Under the pieces are notes generated by a model. It made no database searches. It worked only from the letters and a program-made list of their open reading frames with translations, and was not told where the DNA came from. Below are positions 18,484 to 28,641 of a stretch of DNA of 64,000 nt, piece after piece. Both the position numbers and the translations under genes were made by a program. The stretch covers positions 14,012-78,011 of IMG/VR virus record IMGVR_UViG_3300036766_000548; one strand, written 5' to 3'. The stretch is from a virus. Each line of letters opens with the position of its first letter. Positions within the stretch are counted from its first letter, which is position 1.

Positions 18484-19575
18484 TTACCCATCAGAATATT
18501 TTGGTTTGCGATTTAATTTGACGCTTTCTTCCAACGCTTCCCATTTATCCCTAACTTTTTTTCTCAATTCCTTTTGCAGATTATTTTTCTCTATATAATC
18601 AATCAATTCTTTCCTGTTCATAGATACTTCATTCCATTCACCACGAGGATTCTTCACCAATTGTCCCTTTGGTGTCAGGAAGTCATATAAATAATCAATT
18701 CCTGTTGTAATATCATCTAGGCCATATTCAAAAAATAATTTTAAATAACATTCCCGATATGGGCGCGGTGTTTTGCTTTTTGTGTTTTTCGCTTTTACTG
18801 TAATACCAATTGGAATGCCCTTGGCTAAAATCTTATTGACGTTTGCAAGCCATAGGACAGTATGGCAATAAAAATCCAGTGCCTTTCCACCCGCCCTAGA
18901 ATATTTCTCAAATGAGAATGGATCTAAATTAGTTCTAACTTGAGAAACAATAACTAGCATTCCATTTTTCTTTTCAATCAAATCAGCAAGGCCAGGGAAA
19001 AATGTCTGCGATAGATACTTGGCTTTTCCCATGCGATATGATCCGGCTAGCTTCTCTTCCTTTTCATTGTTGTTTTCTTTCCGCTTTTTGAATGAATTGA
19101 ATTGCTCATCGGATAATTTTTTCCCTTCCTTGGAATCAAGCCCATCTAGCGAATCGATTATATAAATGCCAAATTCATCATCAGATAGTTTCTCGAAAAA
19201 ATTACGGATATTGCAATATGCCTCTTCTACCGTAGGAGACTTGATACGCTTCTTTTCATCAAGGGGCATGATGGGGAAGCCATATAGCTTTTTAGTATTA
19301 TGAGAAAATCCTGATTCGCAATCATCATAAACCCATTTCAGTTTATCACCAAATTTATAATGAGAAGCTGCCACGATTTCACAAGTCAAGAATGTCTTGC
19401 CGCTGGACTTATCGCCTACAATATTTATAATTTTTCCTACAGGATATCCTGGTCCTTCGCCACCACCTACAAGCACATCTAATAATTCAGAACCGGTTAA
19501 ATATCTATTTGTGGGAATACGCTTAGGCTTTTTGTCTAATATGGTTTTTTCTATCTTGGACGTTTCTTCACTCAT
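18484..19575 (-). CDS. recA: RecA/UvsX-like recombinase
   Basis: Walker A GDKSSGKT, IIDSLD, SQVR, GGKALDFY. Confidence 0.9.
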   Translation of the reverse strand: MSEETSKIEKTILDKKPKRIPTNRYLTGSELLDVLVGGGEGPGYPVGKIINIVGDKSSGKTFLTCEIVAASHYKFGDKLKWVYDDCESGFSHNTKKLYGFPIMPLDEKKRIKSPTVEEAYCNIRNFFEKLSDDEFGIYIIDSLDGLDSKEGKKLSDEQFNSFKKRKENNNEKEEKLAGSYRMGKAKYLSQTFFPGLADLIEKKNGMLVIVSQVRTNLDPFSFEKYSRAGGKALDFYCHTVLWLANVNKILAKGIPIGITVKAKNTKSKTPRPYRECYLKLFFEYGLDDITTGIDYLYDFLTPKGQLVKNPRGEWNEVSMNRKELIDYIEKNNLQKELRKKVRDKWEALEESVKLNRKPKYSDG

Positions 19576-19717
19576 TGATTACTCATTTTTTCTAAATCTG
19601 TTAATCGCTTTTCAATTTTTATCAACTTTCTGCCCTCAATAGTATTTTGGATAATTCCTCCAATTAAAGAAATAATTATAGCTATATTTACCCATAAATA
19701 CATATTATTTTCTCCTT

Positions 19718-19783
19718 AAAATAAAGTCCTGAATGTTTTTATATGGTAATTGATTTACACTTTTTGAAATAACATTCAGGACT
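19718..19783 (-). terminator. Putative terminator after the SSB gene
   Basis: 13-bp inverted repeat AGTCCTGAATGTT (19725-19737)/AACATTCAGGACT (19771-19783), followed by TTATTTT on the minus strand. Confidence 0.55.
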
Positions 19784-19790
19784 ATTATAT

Positions 19791-20960
19791 CTACTTCTTG
19801 GCTTTGAGCTTTTTCTGTTCTTTCGCGCAATCTGCCCAGATATCGCAGTCCGAGCAATCATCAGGAAACTTATCGCAATCCTTGCCGAATACATGCTTCG
19901 ATGGGCACTTGAAAACAGTAACCGGCTTGCCTACAGTAGTTTTTTTAGCTACTTGTTTTGCCTTAGCTTTCGGTGCAGGTTCGTCGTCCTCCTCATCTTC
20001 ATCAGATTCCTCTTCTTCATCCTCATCTGATTCGTCGGTATCTTCCTCGTCGTCCGAATCGTCGTCCTCATCTTCCTCGTCGTCTTCAATTACTGGCTTT
20101 TTTGTTTTCCCCTTGGTCTTTGGCTTCTCATCTTCATCATCGGAATCGGTATCTTCATCCTCGCTAGTATCACTAGATTCATCATCGTCTAAATCACCAT
20201 AAAATAATTGCTCAATCTCTTCCTTAGCTTTGATTACCATAAATGAATCAAGCGATAATGCGTTAGGTTCTAGCTTCTTTAACAGCTTGATTTCCTTGGC
20301 ATCGCGCTCTTCAAAATTAAACTTCTTAAACTCGGGATACGGATAGCCCTTGCCTTCGTCATTGGTAAATGAAGCCTTTACGATCCTAAATGTAAACGAA
20401 TGTCCATCATCGATGTCTACATAATCGCAAATATCACCCGTTTCCTTATTGCCACTTGCTCCAGCCTCTTCACGAAGCTCCTCATGGAAATTAGTATATG
20501 AAGCACGTAGTATCTGTATACCTTCATCTGGATTATCCATATCGACTACATTATAAATAGCATAATGCTTAGGGGCTAGAGCACCGCCTTCCTTTTTCAT
20601 TCCCTTATTATAAAACTCCGCGCGTTTAGCACAAATAGGACAAGCGTCCATTCTATTATATGTTTTGTTAGGGCAAATGACATCAGCCTTAGTTGGGCCA
20701 ACAAATTGATGGACAAAAACATCTAACATAAAATCAGAATCACCAATCTTCCTTTGCTTGGCTTTTACCTCGGGGTGATTTTTGGTAGCCATATTATACG
20801 GAATAATGTTTAGATGCTGGGTAGTCCCATACTGCTTTTCATCAAAAAACTTAGTATCTTTCGGCCAATTAAAAGCCTGTTCTCCGCGTCCATTCTTCGC
20901 CTTGTCCTTGTTCTCATAATCCTGCTTCATTCTTTCTTTTAGCGACTTCTTGTTAATCAC
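19791..20960 (-). CDS. gp32-like single-stranded DNA-binding protein
   Basis: H..VG....ICP.......ACPIC zinc motif, YNVVD, long acidic tract; next to recA. Confidence 0.7.
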   Translation of the reverse strand: MINKKSLKERMKQDYENKDKAKNGRGEQAFNWPKDTKFFDEKQYGTTQHLNIIPYNMATKNHPEVKAKQRKIGDSDFMLDVFVHQFVGPTKADVICPNKTYNRMDACPICAKRAEFYNKGMKKEGGALAPKHYAIYNVVDMDNPDEGIQILRASYTNFHEELREEAGASGNKETGDICDYVDIDDGHSFTFRIVKASFTNDEGKGYPYPEFKKFNFEERDAKEIKLLKKLEPNALSLDSFMVIKAKEEIEQLFYGDLDDDESSDTSEDEDTDSDDEDEKPKTKGKTKKPVIEDDEEDEDDDSDDEEDTDESDEDEEEESDEDEEDDEPAPKAKAKQVAKKTTVGKPVTVFKCPSKHVFGKDCDKFPDDCSDCDIWADCAKEQKKLKAKK

Positions 20961-21232
20961 TGATTTACCCCTTTTCTGCTATTTGATGTTTTCTATATTT
21001 TACTGTAGCTAAATCCAATGCCTTCAATACATCATCGGGTTTTTGTCCATCGGCTACGGTAGCGACAAAATTGATATCCTCCGTTTCGTAGTTGCCAAGA
21101 TTGAATTTACGAGTGAATGAAACTTGTGTGATTTTAATATCCATTGTTTTGTCTCCATATCTAACTTTATTTGATACCTTTCCGATAAATTATCCAGATC
21201 CTTTTTCTCTACCAGAACCTTGACCGCCCATA

Positions 21233-21694
21233 TTACTTCTTATTCAGCTTGCTTCTAATTTCCCTATCCACCGTTTTATTTGCATCCTTCTTATTCATAT
21301 CAGGCGAAGCATAAAACCCGCCAATCAATAGTTCCTTTTCGCATTTCAACATATCGCGCCTATGTTCCATCGCGGTTACGGCGGCTATCAAAGTATTTAC
21401 TTCATGCTGATTATCCCTGATGCTTGCCTTGGCCGCTAGATACTCCTCATCCCCTTCTAGTTGCGCCTTGACCCCTGCCTCTGTCTGCTTGCCCCATGCC
21501 TCATTCCAATTTTGCCTAATAAACATTTCCCGTTGCGCCGATACAAGTTTATAAGCATCCTCGCTATCGCCTAAATTATTCTTGGCCTTGGCAAGTTTAT
21601 CTGCCCAATAAAAATAGATAGATGCGTGTTGCTCGCATTCGGAATCAAGCTTGTACTTATTGAACTTTACATCAGATTCAAAATCTCTAGTCAT
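21233..21694 (-). CDS. UvsY-like recombination mediator
   Basis: Helical 153 aa with K.TEAGVKA.L..DEEY; clustered with SSB and RecA. Confidence 0.55.
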   Translation of the reverse strand: MTRDFESDVKFNKYKLDSECEQHASIYFYWADKLAKAKNNLGDSEDAYKLVSAQREMFIRQNWNEAWGKQTEAGVKAQLEGDEEYLAAKASIRDNQHEVNTLIAAVTAMEHRRDMLKCEKELLIGGFYASPDMNKKDANKTVDREIRSKLNKK

Positions 21695-22080
21695 TTATTC
21701 TCCTTTTTCCCTATTGTCTTAATATCATATTCAACCCAAAACGTATTTTCTTTTATCTCATTAAGTGCATTTATAATTATTTCAAGAATAGATTTTACAT
21801 TATAATTGTCAAAATCAATCCCAAAATAATTAACTTTTTCTTCTTTTGTAATAGGATTAATAAAAACGATCTTACAATAATGAGAATAGTTTTTACTAAT
21901 ATTCGGATTTTCATCTTCTGTTCTTAAAAAATTAAAATCTTTAATTAACCAACTTCCATTGTCCTGTCTAGTTTTCCCTTCTACTATAGAATCATTTTCT
22001 CTAAGCGCCGTAAACGAACTAATATCTTTTCCCATTGTTTTCTCCTTATAAAAAGTGATATTTTTACATGGTTTGTTCAA
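21691..22080 (-). CDS. Hypothetical protein
   Basis: ORF; probable start at the internal MGKD after AAGGAG. Confidence 0.5.
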   Translation of the reverse strand: MNKPCKNITFYKEKTMGKDISSFTALRENDSIVEGKTRQDNGSWLIKDFNFLRTEDENPNISKNYSHYCKIVFINPITKEEKVNYFGIDFDNYNVKSILEIIINALNEIKENTFWVEYDIKTIGKKENK

Positions 22081-22461
22081 TTACTCGTCGTCGTCTTCCT
22101 CTTCTTCACCTGAATCATCATCGGCATCAGATTCCTCGACAGGCTCATCCTCTTCATCATCTTCCTCGACAGGAGGCTTGGCCTTTGCCTTGGGCTTCGG
22201 GGCAGGCTTCTTGTCCGCCTTTTCGACCTTGGGCTTGGCCACGGGCTCATCGACACCGAGCTTGTCAAGATTGACCTTGGAAGCCTTCGTGGTGAGCTTG
22301 GCAAGAAGCGCAAGATATGCCTTGACTACCTTGGCAACTCCCTTGGCATCAAGATCAAGGCCACCGCGCCCACGCTTGCGCTCGAAACCGGAAGCATCCA
22401 CCGCCTGCTTTACAAGCCCTTCATCCAGTCCAGCCTCTACAAGATCACGTACACTAGCCAT
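22081..22461 (-). CDS. Small protein with Lys/Pro linker and acidic tail
   Basis: AAGGAG RBS; GC-rich codons; ends EEEEDDDE. Confidence 0.7.
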   Translation of the reverse strand: MASVRDLVEAGLDEGLVKQAVDASGFERKRGRGGLDLDAKGVAKVVKAYLALLAKLTTKASKVNLDKLGVDEPVAKPKVEKADKKPAPKPKAKAKPPVEEDDEEDEPVEESDADDDSGEEEEDDDE

Positions 22462-22641
22462 TAGAATCTCCTTGAAAATATATATCTATCCCATACGGGA
22501 AAGATTATCTAAATTAGATACATCTTAATGTAAAAATCGCAGCCATCAAGCGACCCATTATAATCAATTATTTTGTTGTTGTTACGATCAAAATGATAAA
22601 CACTGAATAGATCGAGATTCGATTCTATCCCATAAACAATG

Positions 22642-22669
22642 TTCATTTTATCCTCCTATCTATATTATA
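22642..22669 (-). promoter_or_regulatory. Repeated promoter+RBS+start cassette, type 2
   Basis: Minus strand TATAATATAGATAGGAGGATAAAATGAA; identical at 36590-36617. Confidence 0.75.
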
Positions 22670-22677
22670 CAGTATCT

Positions 22678-23613
22678 CTATAAAATAGTTGAAATAGATG
22701 CTAAAATAATTCCATTTTTCCCGACGTTGTAAGTTGGCTCTGAAAATGCTTCCATCGCTGATATAGCGCGTTTATTCATAGAACCGTTTAACAGTACCGC
22801 CGACATATACCCTAGAATGATATACCTTACCGTTTCGGGCTCATCCAATTTATTGTTTTCTTTTAGCTTCTTTAATATCTTGGCAATATCCTTCCATTGA
22901 TTCTTTTCATTTAATAATGCCCTAGCCAATTCTATGATTTCAGGGTCTTCATCGTTGGTAGTATTAGATGATAAATATTCCAATTGCTCTTTTTCTGTTT
23001 CAAGTCCGATTACACTTTGCAGAATAACCAATGATTTGCGTGGTGAACCTTCGGCCTTTTCCGCGATGCTTTCTATGACTTCATTCGATAGTTTTATTTT
23101 TTCCAGTTTCAACACTCTGTTTATTACTTCTGATAATTCCTCGATACACAGTGCTTTAAATTTTATTTCAGTACAACGATTACGAATAGTAGTTATTATT
23201 TTTGAAGGTTCGGTGGTGCAAATGAAGAAATAAACAAATTCTGGCGGCTCTTCAAGTGCCTTCAAAATAGCATTCATAAAGTTATTATTTAGTTTATGGG
23301 CTTCGTCCAGAATAAAAATAGTTACATTCCCATCGGAAGGACTATAGCGCATTTGCTGAATAATTTCCCTAGCAGTATCGATACCGCGATCAGATGATGA
23401 ATTGATTTCATTTATGCAAATATCGCTAGCGCCTAAAATGTTCTTTGCCATGATGCGTGCAACTGTCGTCTTTCCACAACCAGATGGGCCTGATAGCATA
23501 TAGGCATGGGAATGGTTCTTTTTGGTTATTGCTTTTTGCAATGATGCTATGGCAGATTCATTACCGACCATTTCATCGAAGGTAGTTGGCCTATATTTGC
23601 AATATAATGTCAT
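22678..23613 (-). CDS. dnaX: DNA polymerase III gamma/tau-like clamp loader
   Basis: KYRPTTF, GPSGCGKTT, ILDEAH, NAILKALEEPP, TIRNRC. Confidence 0.9.
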   Translation of the reverse strand: MTLYCKYRPTTFDEMVGNESAIASLQKAITKKNHSHAYMLSGPSGCGKTTVARIMAKNILGASDICINEINSSSDRGIDTAREIIQQMRYSPSDGNVTIFILDEAHKLNNNFMNAILKALEEPPEFVYFFICTTEPSKIITTIRNRCTEIKFKALCIEELSEVINRVLKLEKIKLSNEVIESIAEKAEGSPRKSLVILQSVIGLETEKEQLEYLSSNTTNDEDPEIIELARALLNEKNQWKDIAKILKKLKENNKLDEPETVRYIILGYMSAVLLNGSMNKRAISAMEAFSEPTYNVGKNGIILASISTIL

Positions 23614-24095
23614 ATCTTATTTGCCTTTCTATCTGCCCACCATTTTGTTATTCTTATACTTTGTTCTTTCTTTTGTTGCTCAGTCATTGTTTTCCCTAAG
23701 TGTTTTTGTCTGTTCATTTCATTTGATTCTTTAGAGTGGTGTTTCCCATAGAAGGGGTGATTTTCCCCAGAAAAATCTGCATGGTTTTCGCTTAAGTGTT
23801 TTTTATGTATCTCTGATTGTGGCCTACCCTTTTTAACTTTACTTAATTTTATTTTTGTTTCTTCGGATAATGGTCTATCAATATTGTGTAATGAAAAATG
23901 ATCGCCTTTAGTCATTTTCTGTAAATTATTAATATCATTATTTTTATGATTGCCGTCTTTATGATGAATTACATATCCTTTTTCTGGCATTAAATTATCT
24001 GGATTATATTCATTCCATATTTTATGGACTTTTCTTGCGTCATTCATTCCATGTTTCATCGGTATTGTATTAATCATTCTATTTTCTCCTTTCAA
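23610..24095 (-). CDS. HNH homing endonuclease with NUMOD3 repeats
   Basis: IHHKDGNHKNNDINNL; SEETKIKLS and HPFYGKHHSKE. Confidence 0.85.
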   Translation of the reverse strand: MKGENRMINTIPMKHGMNDARKVHKIWNEYNPDNLMPEKGYVIHHKDGNHKNNDINNLQKMTKGDHFSLHNIDRPLSEETKIKLSKVKKGRPQSEIHKKHLSENHADFSGENHPFYGKHHSKESNEMNRQKHLGKTMTEQQKKEQSIRITKWWADRKANKI

Positions 24096-24110
24096 ATATA
24101 TTATATACTC

Positions 24111-24407
24111 TTATTTGTCTTTTTTAGTACATATTTCCAATAATTTATTTTCGATCTTTTCCAGCTTATTTTGCTTGGCAGTATCTATTATCTTATTACT
24201 ATATATAATTTTTAATATATCAATGGCAATCTCCACGTCGGCCATTTCCTTTTGTATCTCAATTTCCGAATTACCCTTGGTTAAATGTTGCAAAATGGAT
24301 GATGACAGCTCAGAGCATTCCTCGGCCAATTTCAATAAACACCATTCTTTGCCACGTACCTTCGCGCATCGCCTGATAATATTGTTTATTTGATCTTTTG
24401 TATACAT
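24111..24407 (-). CDS. MazG-like NTP pyrophosphohydrolase
   Basis: KLAEECSEL...EMADV motif. Confidence 0.75.
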   Translation of the reverse strand: MYTKDQINNIIRRCAKVRGKEWCLLKLAEECSELSSSILQHLTKGNSEIEIQKEMADVEIAIDILKIIYSNKIIDTAKQNKLEKIENKLLEICTKKDK

Positions 24408-24623
24408 TTATTTAGATTCTTTTAATATCAATATTTTTTGTCCATAATATTTCTTATTTTCTATTACAACTTCTATATAATGAGTGGCAATAGCAATATC
24501 TGAATTAAAAGCAATAATATCATTATTAGAAGTTAAGACTTGAACTGGCCAAGGATTCTGTTCCTCTTTAATTATTTTCAATATTTTATCATCATATAAT
24601 TCCATTTTAATATCCTCCTTCAA
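24408..24623 (-). CDS. Hypothetical protein
   Basis: Short ORF in operon. Confidence 0.45.
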   Translation of the reverse strand: MKEDIKMELYDDKILKIIKEEQNPWPVQVLTSNNDIIAFNSDIAIATHYIEVVIENKKYYGQKILILKESK

Positions 24624-24933
24624 TTATCTTATCCAATATCTTCTTGGCGTATGCCTTTCTTACCTTTATATCTGTAGTCTCCGACCATGTTTTATATAAT
24701 TTCAATCCTTCGATACAATTGTTTTCTAATGGGCATCCAGGGCAATTCCTAGTTCCATCATGCTTGTTATATACCGCGCAACATGGACACCAATAATATA
24801 ATTGCTTGATTATTGAATATAGTTTCCTGGGCAACTTGTATTTGTAATCAATCTCGGGAAAATTGTATAGATATCCCCACATGGTAATGCCGAGATAATA
24901 TGCTTCCTTTTTAGTTATTTTTAGGTAAGTCAT
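24607..24933 (-). CDS. Hypothetical Cys-rich protein
   Basis: CPCC...CPGCPL..C. Confidence 0.55.
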   Translation of the reverse strand: MTYLKITKKEAYYLGITMWGYLYNFPEIDYKYKLPRKLYSIIKQLYYWCPCCAVYNKHDGTRNCPGCPLENNCIEGLKLYKTWSETTDIKVRKAYAKKILDKIIEGGY

Positions 24934-25424
24934 TTGATTATTGTAATTAACTCATTTGCATATGGCAATTTTTCAATCCATTTACAATATTCTTTCCAAT
25001 GTGGCAATCTATGATTCCTTCTAGCAAAATATATCCTTCGCAATGTTTGATAGTTAGTCATAAAGTATCGTGTCTGTAAAAATCCCTCTTTGATATTTTC
25101 CTTATAATTTATAAAATCATTTTCATTTTCAAACTTAGGCGCAGAATGCATAGTTGATTCAGAACCTAATTGTTCATTTCCAATTCTATAGGCAACAAAC
25201 TCATGCCAAAAATATCTAGGTGCAGTTAATGAATAATATACTTGTAATCCTCGTAATGATTTCGCTTCATCGTCACCATGTAAAACTAATTTGGAAAGCA
25301 ATTTAATATCGTCGTCTGTTGAATGCTCATTGTCTCTTTGTTTATGGGATAATCTAGCGGCAGCAGAACAAAAAGAAAAATCATAATCTTGTGGCACATC
25401 AAAACAATTTATATTTATAAACAT
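24930..25424 (-). CDS. Phage ThyX-like protein
   Basis: LTAPRYFWHEF..YR.G....SESTMH and NYQTLRRIY..RRNHRLPHW resemble divergent phage ThyX-like proteins. Confidence 0.5.
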   Translation of the reverse strand: MFININCFDVPQDYDFSFCSAAARLSHKQRDNEHSTDDDIKLLSKLVLHGDDEAKSLRGLQVYYSLTAPRYFWHEFVAYRIGNEQLGSESTMHSAPKFENENDFINYKENIKEGFLQTRYFMTNYQTLRRIYFARRNHRLPHWKEYCKWIEKLPYANELITIIK

Positions 25425-25433
25425 TTATCCTCC

Positions 25434-28148
25434 TTATTTGAAACTAAAATCAAAATACTGCTTCAATTTATTATTCTGTTCGCTAGTAACTTCGCAATCT
25501 TTATGCGCTCCAATAATAGTTAATATATCATCTGCCTTTGTTTTCTTTCCTAGGTTATTATCAATATCGAAAAATCCATTATTTACTTTTGTTTTTCTAT
25601 TGGCTATCTCTTTCGCCGTGCTTTCGCCAAATCCTTTAATCTCAATAAATGGGCAATAGATAATATCATTTTTTACTATCCATTTCTTGCTATCAGATTT
25701 TCCAATTTTAGGTGGCCTAATATCATAATCTTTTCTAAGCGCATTTTCAATAATATCAGGTTTATTCCCATCAGAACCACAAGTCAATGAAGCACAAATA
25801 AACTCTAATGGGTAATATACTTTTATAAACATCTGCCAAAAAGCCAATACAGAATAACCTACACTGTGGGATCTGTTAAATCCGTATGCGCCGAATGTAG
25901 CCAATTCATCCCATAATTTTTCTGCCTCCTCCCTATTTAATGTTTTATTCTTTATACAACCTTTAGCAAATGTATTTTTGAATTTTGCAAACTCTTCGCC
26001 GCCCTTGCTTTTAGCGACTATTTTCCTAACTTTATCTGCTATTGTCCAATCTAATCCGGCTACTTCATTTACTATCTGCATTAATTGCTCTTGATATACT
26101 ACGATCCCATAAGTGTCTTTTGTAATTTTTTCTATAATGGTGTTTTGCTTAGGTATTTTCTTACCGTTCTTTTTTCTATCAATGAATATATCAACCATTC
26201 CCGCCTGCAATGGGCCTGGCCTAAATAAAGCATTGATATGTGATAAAGTTATGAAATCATTTACTTTCATTTCATTGCAAAGCTTTTTTATTCCATAAGT
26301 ACCAAATTGAAAAATACCAGTAGTATTGCCATTAGAAAACTCTTTTAATATTTTAGGATCATCCAATTCAATATCTTCATAAACAATATCTTTATCAGTA
26401 TTTATCTTAATCAATTCCTTGGCTTCATTCAATATAGTTAATGCGTTTATCCCTAAAATATCCAGCTTCATCAAGCCTTCAAACTCTATATCATATTTAT
26501 CCCAATTGACCGTCAATTCTTTTTTTGACTTACCGCCATATTGTAAGGATACTTTATTTCCGTTTGTCAAATCATCTTTTGAAATCACTACTGCCGCCGC
26601 ATGGCTTCCTTTGCCCCTAACTTGATTTTCCAGTTTAGTGCAAACACTAAATACTTCCGGGTATTCTTTCTTAAAGCGTTTTCCTTCATTAAAATTATTC
26701 AACAACTTTATTACAGAATCTTCGCTTTCCTCATCTCCTTCGACTTCATCTATGGATTTATTCAATTCATTTATTCTGTCAAATGGAATATCAAATACCC
26801 GCGAAACATCCTTTAATGCGCTCTTGCCTTTCATTGTCAAGAAAGTGGAAACGCAAGCTACATGATTTTCGCCGTAAGTATCCTTGAAATGATTTATAAC
26901 CAATTGCCTTTTATCGTCCTGGAAATCATTATCAATATCGGGTAAGTCTATTCTATCTGGAGATATAAACCTAGAGAAAAGCAAATTAAATTCAATAGGA
27001 TCAATTTTAGTAATTCCTAATAAATAACAAACTAATGAACCGCCCGCACTTCCTCGGCCTGGACCTGTCATTATATTGTTATTTTTGCACCATTGTATAA
27101 CTTCATCGACAATAAGAAAATATTCGCAAAATCCTTGTTTCATTATCAATTCCATTTCATCTGTCAATCGTTGTCTATAAAGAGATATATTAAATTTTCT
27201 TTTGGGATTATTTATTATTTTATTCTTGAACTCTACTGAACATTTATGTTTTAATAGTTCCTCGGCAGTACACCCGCATTCTTTCAATTCTGGCGTTTTT
27301 GGCAATTCTACTTTACGTTCTGTTATCCTGAAATCCTTGCATTTATTGAATACTTCAATGGTATTATTCAAATATTCTTCTATTTGTTTATCATCAAATT
27401 GTTTTTGCTTTTTGAATGTCAGAAACATCTCATCATAATTTTTCGCATATAATCCTTCAACTTCAAATCGCCACCTATCAGGATCATTCCATTTCTTTTT
27501 TGTCTGTATTGCCAATAATACTTCTTGCGCCTTCGCATCATCCTTATGTATATAATGGCAATCATTAGTGGCTATTACTTTTATTCCTAGTGCTTCTGAA
27601 TATTTAATAGCCAATTCATTAACTTCTAATTGTTCTTTCATGTTATGTGGCATCACTTCTGTATATAGATCATCGCCTATTTGTTTATATAAATCCTTTA
27701 ATAGCTTGATGCCCCATTTTTCTTTTATGAATGAAGCGGTACAAGCGGTAGAAATAATCAGCCCTTCGCAATGTTTTAACAATATTTCTGGAGATATACG
27801 CGGCCTGTAATATTGCCCTTCAAGATTGGCAATGGTAAGCATCTGTAAAATATTTGTCCAACCAATATCATTTTTAACTAATGCCAATAAATGAGAACGC
27901 TTCTCACCTTTTGTATGATCCTTGATATCATTGACAATATAAAACTCGCATCCATGGATAGGAATAAGGCCATTTGAAATAAACTCATTCTGGAATTTTA
28001 TATTGCCATCTACATTTGAATGATTGGTCAATGCCATTCCTAATTGATTGTTTTCTAATATCTTTGAAGCGTAATTCTTGGCGGCTCCAAATCCATCGAG
28101 CAGGGAATATTCATTGTGTACATGAAGATGGATAAAATCTTTAGGCAT
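25434..28148 (-). CDS. dnaE: DNA polymerase III alpha subunit
   Basis: PHP HLHVHNEYSLLDG, GPGRGSAGGSL, LPDIDND, KLDILG, YGFNRSH. Confidence 0.95.
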   Translation of the reverse strand: MPKDFIHLHVHNEYSLLDGFGAAKNYASKILENNQLGMALTNHSNVDGNIKFQNEFISNGLIPIHGCEFYIVNDIKDHTKGEKRSHLLALVKNDIGWTNILQMLTIANLEGQYYRPRISPEILLKHCEGLIISTACTASFIKEKWGIKLLKDLYKQIGDDLYTEVMPHNMKEQLEVNELAIKYSEALGIKVIATNDCHYIHKDDAKAQEVLLAIQTKKKWNDPDRWRFEVEGLYAKNYDEMFLTFKKQKQFDDKQIEEYLNNTIEVFNKCKDFRITERKVELPKTPELKECGCTAEELLKHKCSVEFKNKIINNPKRKFNISLYRQRLTDEMELIMKQGFCEYFLIVDEVIQWCKNNNIMTGPGRGSAGGSLVCYLLGITKIDPIEFNLLFSRFISPDRIDLPDIDNDFQDDKRQLVINHFKDTYGENHVACVSTFLTMKGKSALKDVSRVFDIPFDRINELNKSIDEVEGDEESEDSVIKLLNNFNEGKRFKKEYPEVFSVCTKLENQVRGKGSHAAAVVISKDDLTNGNKVSLQYGGKSKKELTVNWDKYDIEFEGLMKLDILGINALTILNEAKELIKINTDKDIVYEDIELDDPKILKEFSNGNTTGIFQFGTYGIKKLCNEMKVNDFITLSHINALFRPGPLQAGMVDIFIDRKKNGKKIPKQNTIIEKITKDTYGIVVYQEQLMQIVNEVAGLDWTIADKVRKIVAKSKGGEEFAKFKNTFAKGCIKNKTLNREEAEKLWDELATFGAYGFNRSHSVGYSVLAFWQMFIKVYYPLEFICASLTCGSDGNKPDIIENALRKDYDIRPPKIGKSDSKKWIVKNDIIYCPFIEIKGFGESTAKEIANRKTKVNNGFFDIDNNLGKKTKADDILTIIGAHKDCEVTSEQNNKLKQYFDFSFK

Positions 28149-28641
28149 TATTTAATATCTTAATTGCTTTTTCTGCATTTTCTTTTGATAAACCAGTTTT
28201 ATTATCTACTAATACTAAATTTTCAATTAAATCTTCCATATCAGAATCATCGTCAATAATTACAAATGATTCTATTGGTTCTTTATAAATACACCATTGA
28301 GAATCTTTATATTTAACTATTTTAGATGCATGTTCAATTAACCAACATTTAATTTCTGCTCCTCTATATGAATCTAATCGAGGAGTAATATCAATAACTT
28401 CTCCAATAATTCCTAATGCGTGAAAATATCTATCAAATAAAGAAGCGTGATTCCCATGACGCCAAGTAGAACTAATAACTATTTTTGCATCGGTTTTTTC
28501 TATAATTAAATTTAACCATCCAATATTTTCTATTGAAGGTTCATCCGACCATTTTCTATCATCAGATTCTGTCATTGATTTAACTGAATTTAATACTCCA
28601 TCTATATCTAAAAATATAATCTTAATTTTATTCTCCTCCAT
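28141..28641 (-). CDS. HAD-family phosphatase (Swiss-army-knife RNA repair HAD type)
   Basis: FLDIDGVLN, VISSTWR, RGAEI..WL, FVIIDDDSDM. Confidence 0.8.
   Translation of the reverse strand: MEENKIKIIFLDIDGVLNSVKSMTESDDRKWSDEPSIENIGWLNLIIEKTDAKIVISSTWRHGNHASLFDRYFHALGIIGEVIDITPRLDSYRGAEIKCWLIEHASKIVKYKDSQWCIYKEPIESFVIIDDDSDMEDLIENLVLVDNKTGLSKENAEKAIKILNNA

Noticed and set aside
19798-22528. Ser-rich plus-strand ORFs (19798-20202, 22055-22528)
   Set aside because: Antisense shadows of Asp/Glu-rich tracts.
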